Part shown: piece by piece, positions 1-12,941 of the stretch | Layout of the letters: the number at the start of each line of letters is the position of its first letter | How positions within the stretch are numbered: the stretch's first letter is position 1 | From: Gnetum montanum | Taxonomy: Eukaryota > Plantae > Gnetophyta | NCBI GenBank assembly: GCA_015680685.1 | Contig: MNCI01003051.1 | Location: 132,131 to 196,130, forward strand | Direction of reading: 5' to 3' | DNA: 64,000 nt | The notes under the pieces: generated by a model | Seen by the model: only the letters and a program-made list of their open reading frames with translations | Database searches by the model: none | Told to the model about the DNA's origin: nothing | Position numbers and translations under genes: made by a program

Positions 1-400
1 GGTCATGTGCACGTCCAAGTCCGTCACACTTGAATAAAGGTGCCATACAATTACAAGCATCACACTGTGGGCATGCACTGGGAAAATAATCTAACTCCTA
101 CGAAAACAAACTACAAGAGTCTAGCTACAATTGACAAAAAGATGCCTAAATGAGGCGGAGGGCCCTCTTATTTATAGGCCGAGATAGGTGGCTGCGTATA
201 CAGGGCCGCATCGACGCAACCGCATATACGCGACCCCATCGACGCATCGACTAAATGACACTTCATCAACAACTTACCCCAATTTTTAGGCTATAACAAG
301 AGCTAAATTAAAGGTCTACCAATCACTAATCCCCTATCCTAACTAGCGTGCACTACGCATATCTTGTATCTCTACTTACCCAAGTAAAACTAAGGCAAAT
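1..400 (-). repeat. Diverged LTR-like sequence of family X, similar to 21150-21450
   Basis: Shared blocks ACTTGAATAAAA.GT.CATACAAT, CTACAAGAGT, TATTTATAGG and (G)CATCGAC repeats; boundaries approximate. Confidence 0.5.
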
Positions 401-2804
401 CCTCATTTTCTACTTATATTACACTAGAAATATTTACTTACCTAATTTAAATAATATAAATTAAAGAAAGAAAGAAAAATAAAAAATAATTAAAAATAAA
501 AAATAGAAGCAATCTTAAGAGACTTTCCTAATTTTGTTTTTTCCTAGGAATTAAATAATGTAGTTGTAGTTCAATGATAGGGAAGTATGATTAGACAACC
601 TTTTTCAACCTTGTGTAGTGTCATCATGGCACCTCTAGGGCACATGTTTCAGCATCGCATGTCATAATGGGCTTTCTGTTGTATGCAGCTAGATACCATG
701 CACTATCATGGTCTCACCATGATTGGTGGTTGGCTAGCCCTACATGGGCAAGAAACCCACAATTTTTAAATTAATTTAAACTTTATGAAGATAGTTTTAC
801 ATAACTATATTATGCATTTCTTAAACAACCTATAAAAATGGTGTCATGGTTTTCATGCAACATATAAGAGATTTGCCTTGGCAAAATTATCATGTGTTCA
901 ACTTCAACTACAAACATTGAAAATAAAATTTTAACTATATTAAACTTTAATTTAAATTTTAAAGCAGTATTTTACTAGAAATTTAAAACTACAATATCTT
1001 CCCAACCGTGCATTAGATTGGAATGAAATTAATACCATTGGAATTATGTCAATGAGTACTACTTGTTAGACAAGGTTTAAGGGCTTAGGAACTAAGCTAT
1101 ATTTTCATGATTTCCAAAGGTGAAATTGGTTATTTTATGAAATTGACCTATTAAAATGATCTACAAACGAGATTGAAACTTCTAGAAAACTATGTAAACT
1201 TTTTCCCACCAACCCCTTAGTAATAATCTATACTATATAAGTAAAGGATATCTATGATTAGCTTGACTTCTAAAAGTTAATCAAAATGAATTCATTAGTA
1301 ATTGGACCATAGATGGGTTAGGGATGCTATGTTCATAATATATTTGGGAATTAGTTATTTTATGAAGGGGGATCCAAGGAAAAGGGTTACTAACCTTATG
1401 TTAATTGACTTTGGTTTAATATATTTGTTAGTAATCCAAATCTAGGTTAGGGGTATTTTATTTGTTACCATGTTAAGGAATTATGTTTTTAAAGAAAGAA
1501 ATATCTTATAATAAGGTAAAGTTCTAGAAGACTTATTCAGTGGAGGATCATTCCTATAACAAAAAAAAGGAGATCTTAAGCTTTGTGAAAAAGAACTTTA
1601 AGATTACCTATGTTGTTTCCCTAAATTAATACCTAATGGTTTAGATCCTTAATAACTAAGGGGAAATCTAATAGTATTCCAAAATGGGTAAGAGTTACTT
1701 GGACTAATGCTACTTTTATTTTACCGAAGTCTCTTATACTTGATGTACTTATTGACGTATTATTATATCTCATCAAAGCTTGGTCGCTAAAATCCCTAAA
1801 AGTTGATAGAAAGGCTCCTACTCCATTGCCAAGGTTTGTGTTGAACATGATGTACATTTGGCAATAGTTTATAGTTCATCCTGGATATTGTCTCATGGTT
1901 CAATCATTAGATCATAGTTCATTATTGAACCATGGTCATCGCTTATTTCAAAATCATCTTGGGTCATGGTTTACTTTAGTATCAATTGTAACATTTCATT
2001 CTTGGATGTCATGGAAAACATCAATATATGTACATTTGACATTATGTGTAATAAACACAATAAGAAAAATATAGAAGAAAATAAAAAGGAACTTTATTAA
2101 TGAGACAGCTAAAAATAAATGTGTATCTATATCATGCTCTAAGGGTATCTTAGGGATATCTTCCTTTAGTAGCTATCCTTTAGAGGCAATCCAGCATTGC
2201 CATCATAGTTAAGCCTAAATTGGGCTAGAAGGGATGACCAGTCACCTTCCTATTCCACTTTACTTGGTATCCTTTATTCAACTTTTACTAATAAAGCAAC
2301 TCCATGTTGATATGTGCTCTAATCCTTGGGTATAAATACCCTAGGTCAAATCCCCAAAGGCCATCTTAAGAGACATGCTTATTATTATAATGTGCATTTT
2401 CATTAAAGATTTTATTATAATAATTACAATACTTGGTTACATAATGACTTCATCTTGGTTGTTTGGAAATGGGGACATGACAATGATCACTTATAAAGGT
2501 GTCATTCTACTATTTTCAGCTTCTATGTGGATTTGTATGGATCATAGGTTGTGGTGACCATGTTCTTTAATACCATGACGTGTGGCAATGTCATTGTCAC
2601 TAAAAAATGGAGGCATGTTAATTCTGAGCATACTAAGCAAGGCCTACATGGCCTGTAGAAAGGGCTAGCATGGCCCTAACAATGCCAACGTGACCCTAGT
2701 AGGGCTTGCATGGCTTGTAATGCTTCTCCTAACTTGTGTGGCTAGGGTTTCTAGTGTTAGAGGGACACAAAAGTGGCCATTATCGTCGATGTTGGAGGGC
2801 GTTG

Positions 2805-2970
2805 GAGGTGCCTTTATGGGCAGCACCATCCATGCCAACAAGGAACTAAGGTGTCCTTTATGGGCAGCATTGTCGATGTCCACGAAGTGCTAGAGGTGCC
2901 CTTTATGAGCAGCACTGTCAATGCCCGCGGGACATCGAAGGTGCCCTTTATGAATGATGTCGTCGAACAA
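2805..2970 (+). repeat. ~44-45-bp GC-rich tandem repeat (GGTGCCCTTTATG.GCAGCA.TGTCGATG), 4 copies
   Basis: Units at ~2807, 2851, 2895, 2940. Confidence 0.7.
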
Positions 2971-3343
2971 TAAGCAACATGGAAGGTGGTTGAGGGTGCA
3001 TGCAAGAAAGATGATGCAGCAAAGGGTAGCACAAGTAGAAAGTGAACATGGCAAGGGACAAAAATGGTAGAGGGCAGGAGGCACCAAGGATCCAATGCGT
3101 GATTTTGGTTGACCTATCAATCACAAAATCATGAAAAGTAAGAACTAGCTTTATTTAATCATTAATTAACTTAAGTTGATACTTCCTCTTTTCTCCTGCT
3201 AAGGTTCTTACTGTTCTTTTATAAATACATGAAGGAAGAAATCTTTGCTCATCATAGCACAACATCAACGAAAGATTGAAGGATTCTTCCCAGAGATTGC
3301 AAATTTCCTACAAGCAACATCAAGGATTTCAACCATTGACATC

Positions 3344-4862
3344 ATGACCCCAAAGTGTCCTACTTAGGCTTCTTCTCCAGCTCCTTATGCTCCTTCAAGT
3401 AGTTCCAAATTGGTGTCCATTCTTTTGCACCAAATAATGCAATTACTACTTCCAATTATGTGTGTTGTTTACTTGGAAAGGAAGAGTTTCAATACCTTAT
3501 AACTTCAAGATTATATGAATTACTTGTCTTCCCTATTTTCAAGATATCATATTGCAAAGGCTTAATAATTGAATGGTGTGATCAGTATAATAAAAGTAAA
3601 AGTTGTACTTCAAAATTAATTTTTAGATCAATAATAATTATTTCTATTGATATTCAAACAGCCTTAGGTTTTCACTTGGGGGAGGATCCTTTTAAACTAC
3701 TACCGAACAAAATCCCACTAAACCTTATACCATATGCTGCATACACTTGATCATGTGTTTAATCCTAAGTTACAACCCTTTAAACAAACTCTTTAGTCAT
3801 TATAATCCCAAATTATGTCCTGAATTTCTCGAAGAGGATAAAGTTTTGAAGTGTAAGATCGAGGGTGGAAAGAAGGGTCAAATGGCTTTGCAATAGACTT
3901 AACATTAGAAGGGAACTAGCAAGGTATTTTTAGATGTTTATATATTTTATATTGTTACTTATGTTTCTTCATATATTTAACAGTACATTCTGGGCTGCAA
4001 AATGAACTGATCCAAGGTGCATAAACTTCCTAGCTCCAAGGGGTGTGTGTGTGTGTGTGTGTGTGCGCGTGCGCACACTACTATTTTAATTTGTATATTT
4101 TCTTTTCTAATGAAAAATTTTCTTTTTAGAAAAGTAACATAATAGGCAAGGTTCTAACAACCTAATAGTTTTAATTTCCAAACAAAAGAAAAAAGCCTAA
4201 TAGTAAAAGGATATAAGAAAAGATAAAGGAAAGGAACCAGAGATAAATGTAGTGAATTCTAAAGTTTGAATACATTCCTTTTTCTTCCTTCTTACCGTGT
4301 GATGTTGTCTTCTTATGTTGCAAATCTCTATGGGTCAAAGGTACTTCATTTGGAAAATGGAGAAAGATGATACTGCGAGTGAAAATTCTAAACAAACTTC
4401 CACTCCATCTAGATCATCGCATGTGACATCTATCCATGTGACCCTTGTAAGTGGTCTCTTACCACAGTCAGCACTGACACTAGTTCCTAGGTCTGTTCTA
4501 GTAATTCTTTCAGTCTCTATCTCGGGTTCTTCCTATTCACTGGGATAATTGGTGGTGGGTGCCAAAGAAGAACTCATTCTTCTTTGGCATCTTAGTCAAT
4601 GAATCACAAGGAACAGATCCTACTTTGTTTGTGAGGATATCTACCACCTACAGGAGTCTCAATCATGCAACTTCAAGAAAGACTATGAATTCGTACAGGT
4701 TGTTGCTCCATCATCTTTCCATCCAATTCCCAAGGATTCTCTAGAAGTTTTCAAAGATCTAGAGAAAATTTTAGGAGAATTGGAGAGTGCTACATGTCTA
4801 GCTCGCCATCTATAAACCTACAAACGATTTCTTCATATTGATAATGATCAACTTCAGTTGAG
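3344..4862 (+). pseudogene. Degenerate, probably spliced ORF antisense to family X gag; PMD/Transposase_32-like
   Basis: TATAAATA ~3220; MTPK start; LIIEWCDQYNK...ISIDIQTALGF...VKWLCNRLNIRREL; candidate GT-AG intron 3924-3983. Confidence 0.4.
4044..4065. repeat. (GT)n microsatellite
   Basis: Direct reading. Confidence 0.9.
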
Positions 4863-5159
4863 TAGTTCTTATTCTTTTCTCTTTCCTATCCTTGTGTTAT
4901 GTTTCTTCTTTTACATGTATTCTACTTGGATGTACTTTTGATTTTACAATAATAAAATAAAATAATAATTTTTTTCCACTTTAGCTCTTGAATCATGGTT
5001 TGCTTCGATACCAAATGTGACATCCCATTCCTAGATGTCATAAAAACATGATCATTCGTTGCTTGATTCATCACATTCGTAAGCATTAAAATGGAAATAC
5101 CATAAAATACGTGATAAATGAATAATGGGTACATCGAATAGGAGGGGAAATAGAGAAAA

Positions 5160-6995
5160 CTTTTATTAATAAGGATGGTATACAATAACACCCTTTGGGT
5201 TATCTTCCCAATCCACTTAAGCCTTGAATGCAATCCAGCATTGCCACCATAGTTAGGATGTCCAGCCGAAGGGGTGATTAGTTCCTTCTTGTTTCGCTTC
5301 ACCTAACTTCCATTACTTGCCTTTCCAAGCTTTGCAACTCCATGCCAGCAAGACCTCTAAACCTGGCCTTATATGGCATAGGTTAAATCCATTCTTGAGG
5401 GATACATGAATAATCATAACTTCTCACAATGAGGCACCCCTTCATTTGAAGGTTAATTACATTTTTACAATACGTTTCCACCCCTGATAAGAGACAAGAT
5501 GCTACAATCCTTGTTGTACTCATCTACACTTTTCCATTTTTTCAATTCTCCTTCTTCCTTGGCCACATGTTCAATGAGCCTTTGAATCCTATAGGCCCTC
5601 ATTTTTGACAATCTCCCTTCAGCATTAATCCCAAGAGTTTCTCTAGTTTTGTTTTGAAGCCCATCTATTATGTGATGAAGTTGTTTACTTTGAGAGAAAC
5701 CATGGCCTAGGTAGCAGTGCAAAAGAGAGAAATACTTCCCTAGGGCTATAGCAAGGGATTCATGATTACCTTATTTCCAACCTTGAGTTTGTTTCCTCAA
5801 GTTGGATACCCTAGAGTACATTTGATACTTATCATTAAACAGCTCCATCATTATACTCCATCTACAAATAGATTTTGGTTCCAAGGACTGATACCAATTT
5901 TCAGCTTCTTTGATAAGTGTCCTAGGAAACGGTTTGAGTTTCTACCACTCGTTCTCCATGTTCTATAAGGCATGAGCATCATGGAAGGCCTATAAATGAT
6001 GTTGTGAATCAATATTATATTATCCTTCAAATATAAGAGTATTATTCATATTAGTCCATTTAATTCTACTATCCTTTGATGCTTGGTAGGGATTTGAACT
6101 ACTTCTGAAATATTAATCATGCTTCTTATAGCCAGTAGTGGTTCATCATAACCATTATATTCATGGTCATGTATCCTATGATGTGACCTGCTATGCCTTT
6201 GTTCCTAATGATTCTCTCCTTCTTCTTGTTGACTATGCTCTCTTTTCCCATCACTTTGATGGGATCTTCAGTCATCTCCATCTCAATCCTAATAATTTCT
6301 CCTTTGGTCTCGACCACAGTCCCTTGTGTGAGAGTTTGATGATGAGGAGGATGGTGAAGGTGGAGGGCTAGGAGAGTGGTGCCTACTACTCCTTCTTCTT
6401 TGATCCTTTGATTGTTCTTTTCCTTTGCCTTGAGGTTCTCCTAGTTCTAGACCATGTTTATTCCTCACCCTGGTTATCCACCAAGGTTGATTGTAATCGT
6501 TGATGAAGTATGTCTTCCTCATCGAAAGGAGGAGAATCTTGATGTTAAGATTACTTTGATAGAAATTTAGGGCCCTTCTTTTGCGGTCGCGAAAACAATG
6601 ATATCGAGACATTTTACCCTTAGAGACTTTCACAGCATGCCTCCATATGTTGATCTTTCCTAAGCTAAGCATCTGTTGGCTGATAATCTCTGGAGAGATG
6701 GTCTATTAGCTCATAATCTGGAATTGCTAATTTAAGCCTTAGTTTCATGAGATTTTCCATGATTTTAAGGAATAGAATGATCTGGAGGTAACAAAATATT
6801 GTCCTCCAAATCCCTCCAGCCTAGCTATTTGTCCTGATGGAGAATGAAAGTGAGGTCTGGATAGTAAGGATCTGAATGTGGATAGACTACTTTCAGTTGT
6901 TGAGGTTTCTCACGAGTAGTCCTTTTGATTCTATCATGCTATTGGTTGGAGTCATTGATAGGTGCTGGTGAATCATTCCTGTGAGAAGTAGCCAT
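5160..6995 (-). pseudogene. Degenerate Gypsy gag of the older element (family X) into whose 5' region the Tat-like element inserted
   Basis: Minus-strand KLKPFPRTLIKEAENWYQSLEP (~5870-5950) matches the plus-strand gag at ~61700; 5' region 7080-7188 resembles 60380-60480. Confidence 0.7.
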
Positions 6996-7188
6996 CTTAG
7001 TTGTTTCAATAAAGTTTGCTTTGATAAAATATTATTATTATTATTTCATCTAAAGGATAATACATTATTTATTTTTACAACAACTTTGTATGATTTCACT
7101 ATCATTTAATACTTAGCACATTTAGCTAAACTAAGTCCCTAGCAATGACCCTAATGATGAGCAACCATATGAATCACTAGCATGTATG

Positions 7189-8337
7189 TGAACCACCATG
7201 AAAATTGCGAGTTGACCTCAGGCAAAGATTCGCAATTCAGGCGAGGGTGCATGTTAGAATTCTAGAAGGGAGAATAAGATAGAGCAAGACCAAGAGGCGC
7301 GTAGCATCAAGTCTTCAACTTCCTGTGCAAATTCCTAATCTTCCTATGATTTCTCTGTTTACGCTATATCACGCGACACAGCGTAATAGCGCTCAGCGTG
7401 ATTCTGTGCAAACATAATCCGGCATCAGAAGGCTATTTACTTCGGCATGTGGAGAGTCTTGAGCAATATAACATGCGACTTCTCGTATATTTTGCTAAGT
7501 CTTTTGTTCAAGGCCAGGTTTACGCTCTGTTACGCACGGCAGCGTAATGAGCTCCAAAATAGTCAAAGGCAAAGTCTAAGGAAGTGCAACAGATCAACCC
7601 TTTTCTCTTGGCATGCAGATTGCTCATCATACGCAATGAAGCGTATCGCAGCGTATTGCATCGCCAAGCTAAACATTGATTACGCTTCATTATGCGCGGC
7701 TGCGTAAACGAGCGTAAAACAGCTTGAATCAGTTATCTTCCACGTTATGTTACGCTCTTGCACGCAACGCAATGCGAATGAGCGTAATATAACCTAAAGA
7801 CAGTTGAAACATGCCCGACGCGCATCTGTTCTTCACACGCACAATACGCAAACGAGCGTATTGTGCGTAGTCACAAAGTTTGACACAAAAAGGTCAGGTC
7901 AACAATACCCGAAGCGTCCGGGGTACACGTCATCAGGGTTGCACCTTTTCTACAGGACGTCGCGCCCTATAAATACCCCAGTTGACAAAGATACAAGGGT
8001 TGGCAAATCAAAGAGGCAAGGACATTTTTCTGAGCATAGGAGTACTTATCACCTTGAGCAGAGACAGAGAGAGCAACACTTTGGCAATTGTTGATAGCAT
8101 CACCTTCCGGCAAAAATAGAGCACAGTTCGCTTGAGCATCGGCAACAAGAGTAATCGTTCTTTTGGGGGAGATACAATTTTCTCCATCAACGATCACTGG
8201 CGGTCCTAAACAGGAACTACCTAAGGTGAAAGAAGCGGATCGAAGGTCGTGAGACCATCTTGCGCGGTTCGCAAACTCTATTGGTCAGAAACAGTTGATC
8301 GATAGACGTCAGAGCTTGACCTTCCTTGCATCCCAGC
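7189..8337 (+). repeat. 5' LTR of Tat-like element (visible part; expected end ~8775 and the PBS fall in the N gap)
   Basis: Colinear with 19057-20205; TATA box TATAAATA at 7968. Confidence 0.92.
7299..7975 (+). promoter_or_regulatory. LTR U3 array of TACGC/GCGTA half-sites and ACGC-N6-GCGT dyads upstream of the TATA box
   Basis: 17 exact TACGC/GCGTA in 7299-7869. Exact TACGC-N6-GCGTA dyads at 7531, 7630, 7845; near-exact at 7370, 7691, 7771. Confidence 0.7.
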
Positions 8338-8859
8338 NNNNNNNNNNNNNNNNNNNNNNNNNNNNNNNNNNNNNNNNNNNNNNNNNNNNNNNNNNNNNNN
8401 NNNNNNNNNNNNNNNNNNNNNNNNNNNNNNNNNNNNNNNNNNNNNNNNNNNNNNNNNNNNNNNNNNNNNNNNNNNNNNNNNNNNNNNNNNNNNNNNNNNN
8501 NNNNNNNNNNNNNNNNNNNNNNNNNNNNNNNNNNNNNNNNNNNNNNNNNNNNNNNNNNNNNNNNNNNNNNNNNNNNNNNNNNNNNNNNNNNNNNNNNNNN
8601 NNNNNNNNNNNNNNNNNNNNNNNNNNNNNNNNNNNNNNNNNNNNNNNNNNNNNNNNNNNNNNNNNNNNNNNNNNNNNNNNNNNNNNNNNNNNNNNNNNNN
8701 NNNNNNNNNNNNNNNNNNNNNNNNNNNNNNNNNNNNNNNNNNNNNNNNNNNNNNNNNNNNNNNNNNNNNNNNNNNNNNNNNNNNNNNNNNNNNNNNNNNN
8801 NNNNNNNNNNNNNNNNNNNNNNNNNNNNNNNNNNNNNNNNNNNNNNNNNNNNNNNNNNN

Positions 8860-11800
8860 TGAACCCTATTGCGGTCACAAGACCAGCTCCTGGCGCAGCA
8901 GGATCTCAAGGACCATCGCGCCGATCATTGAGGCTTCAGGGAAAAGAGCCCGTCTTCACAGTCATAACCCCTGAAGAATACAAATTTATCTATGTTAAGA
9001 TCCAGGCGAAGCTGGCTCTCAGCCGGGCCGAATTCGAAGCGAAACGAAACTTTGAGGTGATCCACCGAGGGGGCCATGATTTCAAACCAACAGCTTACGA
9101 CATTATTCCCTTGACCGAACATCAACATGAACTTATAACACAGTTGGTCATGGCTAAAGGCCAGGCTTCACGGGCTACGTTGGAGCCCCAGCATGGGGAA
9201 GAGGAAGAGGATGAATTGGCAGCCCAGTCGGAACATTCGTTCCATACTCTGAGCCCCCAAACGTACATAAATCCCTTGTTTCCTTTCAACGGAGAGGCTG
9301 CTCCTCTTAACCCAGCCATGACCGCGCAGATGCATTTCCCTGTCCTTCTGCAGGCCACCGCGCAACCGTCTGGGTTGCAAGTACAAATACCTCATAATAA
9401 CGTGGGGGCGGTTTCATCACCACGAGTACTTAGCATCCCAGTGGTGGTCCCGGCGACCACCGTGCCCCATTTCATCCCTCAGATACAACCTCACAACATA
9501 TCCACAATGCGCCCGGCGTAGACCTTGTTGCTTCCGCCCCCTCCAACTCAACAGATTATCGCAGCCATTCAGCCACAAACTTACGTCCAACAGCCTGCCG
9601 CAAGTCAGTGGGCCAACCCGGCGACGCAACATACCCAATCTGTGGTGTATGGCGTGCAACCCTCAGTTGCACCCGCAACGCATGTTCCACAGGTGGTCCC
9701 GCAGTATCCTCATCCTTATCTCACGCAGCAGGCGGCAGTTAACCCCTCTTCGCAAACCAGTGGGTGGTGGTCTTCACAGGCTCCCCTGCCTGCTGGGATC
9801 CCCGCCCCACCAGCTGCCAGCCAACCTCTTCCTTCGTTTCCATTCTCTGGCGCTGCCCTCCCAGTCCAACCTCCTATGCTTTCTGCACAGACACCTCCGC
9901 CAACAGCTCTAGACCAGGCTTTCCAACTTATACAGACTCTCACCGAGGAGGTTCGACGCCTCAAAGCCGTCGGTTCTGATACCATTCAGATCATGGACTT
10001 TTATCAAGACGATCCGATTAGTCCAGCAGTCCCTATGCTGTCGTTGCCGCCAGGGATGTCCCTACCTCATTTTACCAAGTGCAATGGGGAGGGAGATCCC
10101 AATGCTTACTTGGTCACATTTAGGTCCGAGTCCTTGCTGTTGCAACAGTGGCCACACACGATCATCCGAGTCTTTGCAATCTCTCTAACAGGGAAAGCTT
10201 TGGATTGGTACCAAGCCCTCCCACGCTCTTCCATCTCAACCTTGGAAGAGCTGCTGACCCAATTTGTGACCCGCTTCAAATACAACTTGAAACCAGAAGT
10301 CACATTGGATCAGCTCATGGGGGTGAAACAAGACCCGCTCGAGCCTGTCCAAAAGTTCATACAGCATTGGAATGCTACTTTGAATAAGATCCGCGACCCG
10401 ATCGCGGACTCACATCTTCTGGCTATATTCAAAGGAGCAATCAACGACTTTATTAAGTCAAAGTTGTATTATCTTTCCCCCAACTCCCTACACCAGGCCT
10501 TCGCTCAGGTTAGAAGCATCCAAGATGCTGCGGAGGCCAGCAAAGACTCGGCGTATGTCGCCTACAGGAACGCACACAACAAGAACAAAGACAAAGGTAA
10601 AGCAGCGACAACGACAGTAGCTGCGATGACTAAGGGTACAAAGACTAAGAACAAGAAGGCACCCACGGTGCCTCCTGAGACCACGGCTGGTGCCGGCACC
10701 AGCCAAGACACAACTGCCCCTGAAGGGCCCCCCAGCCAAAGCCAAATTTTGAGCGTAAGGATCGTTCAAAATACGCAGCCTTGCCCATAAAACATTCTGA
10801 ACTATTGAGACAACTGTTAGGGGCAGGGCACATTCAACCTAAGAAGGTGTCCGAGGAAGCTCTGAAGCGTCACAGACGACATTGTGAACCGCTGAAGAAT
10901 CCTTCTTCAGCCTTACCTAACGAACCACCAGTTCCGAGATCTTTCAGGCTAGACCGTTTCTTTGACTACCACCAGCTGTGTGGTCACGATACGGATTACT
11001 GCTGGGCGTTGAAAGACGACATTCAACGTATGCTGGATGATGGTTTAATCAAGTTAGACAGCAGTAACCCGACGCATCCAGAAAACCAAACATTGCACGT
11101 ATATAAGGACCCGTTGAACGCAAACGACGATCCTTATACAATCACTGTGGTGAGTACGGACAATGAGAGGAGGGAACCGCCAAAACAGCCTTTTGTTTTG
11201 CGTGTGCCTGCCAGTTCACAAAGGGGGCCAACCATTTCATCGGTAGCCAGTGGGGTCTCAAGGCCGCCCTTCATCATACGGGCACCTTCTCAGATACACC
11301 CTCAGTCACGTAGCGACAGTCAAGCCGCGGCCTCGTCTGCGCCCACGCCTAGGGTGCCCTTCATTATCAGGGCGCCAAAACCACAGGCTACTCCTCTCAT
11401 GCAGGGGCAGACCTCCAACTAAAAGAGTCAACCATCACCTCCCAAACAAAAGAGAGAGGATACATCATTTAACGCAACGAAAGACCATTTTACGCTCGGC
11501 TTCCCTAAGAGAGAAGGACCTCCTCGATGCATTTACGCAAGTCAAACAGGCTCTCAAGCAAAAGAACACAACGCTGAGCCTTTACGACCTGCTTATGACA
11601 TCTCGGGAACACCGTGAGGCTATAGTACGCATGTTGATGTCCATATCAGTGGATGGCAGCTTACCAGCGAAAGAGGAAGTGATACATGTTGTCATGTTTC
11701 CTTCTGAAGCTGAGCAACCCAGGCCTACCTCGCTGACCTTCCATGACGAGTCTATTAAAGACGATCTGGAGAAAGGTCAAGTGACAACGGAACCTATGTT

Positions 11801-12407
11801 CATCACCATCCGGGTCAGTCAATACCAGATCCGGAGAGTGCACGTAGACAATGGCGCAGCTACCAACATCATACCCTATTCCATCGTGGATAGGTTGGGT
11901 CTGGTCGACCAGATCACTTCCACGACGACGGCTTGAGTAAAATCATTCAACGGGGCACGGGTTCAAGTCAAGGGGACGGTGCGTATTGGGTTTGTGGCAG
12001 GGGATCAATTCCCAACAGAGGCCACTTTCTTAGTCATCGAGGAGATGCCAGGGTTCAACCTGATCTTAGGGAGGTCATGGTTAGCCCAGCTGAGGGTAGT
12101 TTCGTCACCAATACACCAAGAGATACATCTGCCCTATGCCGGAGGGGAGGTTGTGATACGCGGTGACGAAATCACCCCCACGACCGTCAATAACATTGAA
12201 GAAGAACAGGGTTCGGAGATAGAAATGACTGATGATCAGACCCATCTCCAAATCCCTCAACAAACCAACAGCAATGATGACGGTCTAGCTTGGGCCGATC
12301 TGCCATTTCTAGATGGCAGCGTAGAGGAGTTGAACCATAAGTCTCCTCACCCTTACGCAATGCTCAACGTAAAGGCCATTAAGAGACAATTACGTATTAA
12401 TGGTTGA
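8860..12407 (+). pseudogene. Degenerate gag-protease polyprotein of Tat-like element
   Basis: P/Q-rich N-terminus; Retrotrans_gag (NGEGDPNAYL...FAISLTGKALDWYQALPRSSISTLEEL); Tat/Ogre-type knuckle YHQLCGHDTDYCWALKDDIQRML; aspartic protease VHVDNGAATNIIP...NLILGRSWL. In-frame stops at 9519 and 11420 plus frameshifts. Confidence 0.88.
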
Positions 12408-12583
12408 ATGATGGTCTTTGCGTACGTTATCATGTTTTGGCAAGTTATCGCAGCTTGTACATAGCCATTTCTTTTGTTTCATACATTTTCACACTACATT
12501 CACTTTTGGAGTTTACGCTTGTCATTTCTTATGCTATTCGATTTACTGTACTCATACTATTTATGCTTTCTATATCACGCTGT

Positions 12584-12810
12584 GGCCCGCAATGGCCTTA
12601 AACTAGCCGCGGCCCGCAATGGCCTTAAACTAGTCATGGCCCGCAACGGCCTTAAACTAGTTACACAGAATTGTATACCATTATCATTTTCGCGTATTAC
12701 ACCACGGCCCACAATGGCATTAAACTAGTCGTAGCCCGCAATGGCTTTAAACTAGTCGCTAGTTTACGCAGAATCATATGACGGCCCGCGATGGCCTTAA
12801 ACTAGCCATT
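12584..12810 (+). repeat. 27-bp tandem repeat array GGCCCGCAATGGCCTTAAACTAG, about 6 copies
   Basis: Copies at 12584, 12611, 12638, ~12706, ~12733, ~12783. Confidence 0.85.
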
Positions 12811-12941
12811 ACATTCTATCATTATAACTTAGGCACCATCCTTAATAATTACGTTCACGCTGTCCAGATAAAAGCATAAAAGTCAAAAAAGACAAAATAA
12901 TTGACATTTAAAACATCAATACGATTATGCGTAAACCACAA

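Noticed and set aside
7447-8197. ORFs of 60-96 aa repeated at 19315-20065
   Set aside because: They are repeated only because they lie in the two LTRs; no recognisable domain.
8217-8909. Long ORFs full of X (also at 13977, 15848-15915, 17507-17542)
   Set aside because: Artefacts of reading through N gaps.
12584-12810. Repeat array with variable spacers, superficially CRISPR-like
   Set aside because: Eukaryotic retrotransposon context, mostly head-to-tail units, no cas genes; tandem arrays are typical of Tat/Ogre elements.
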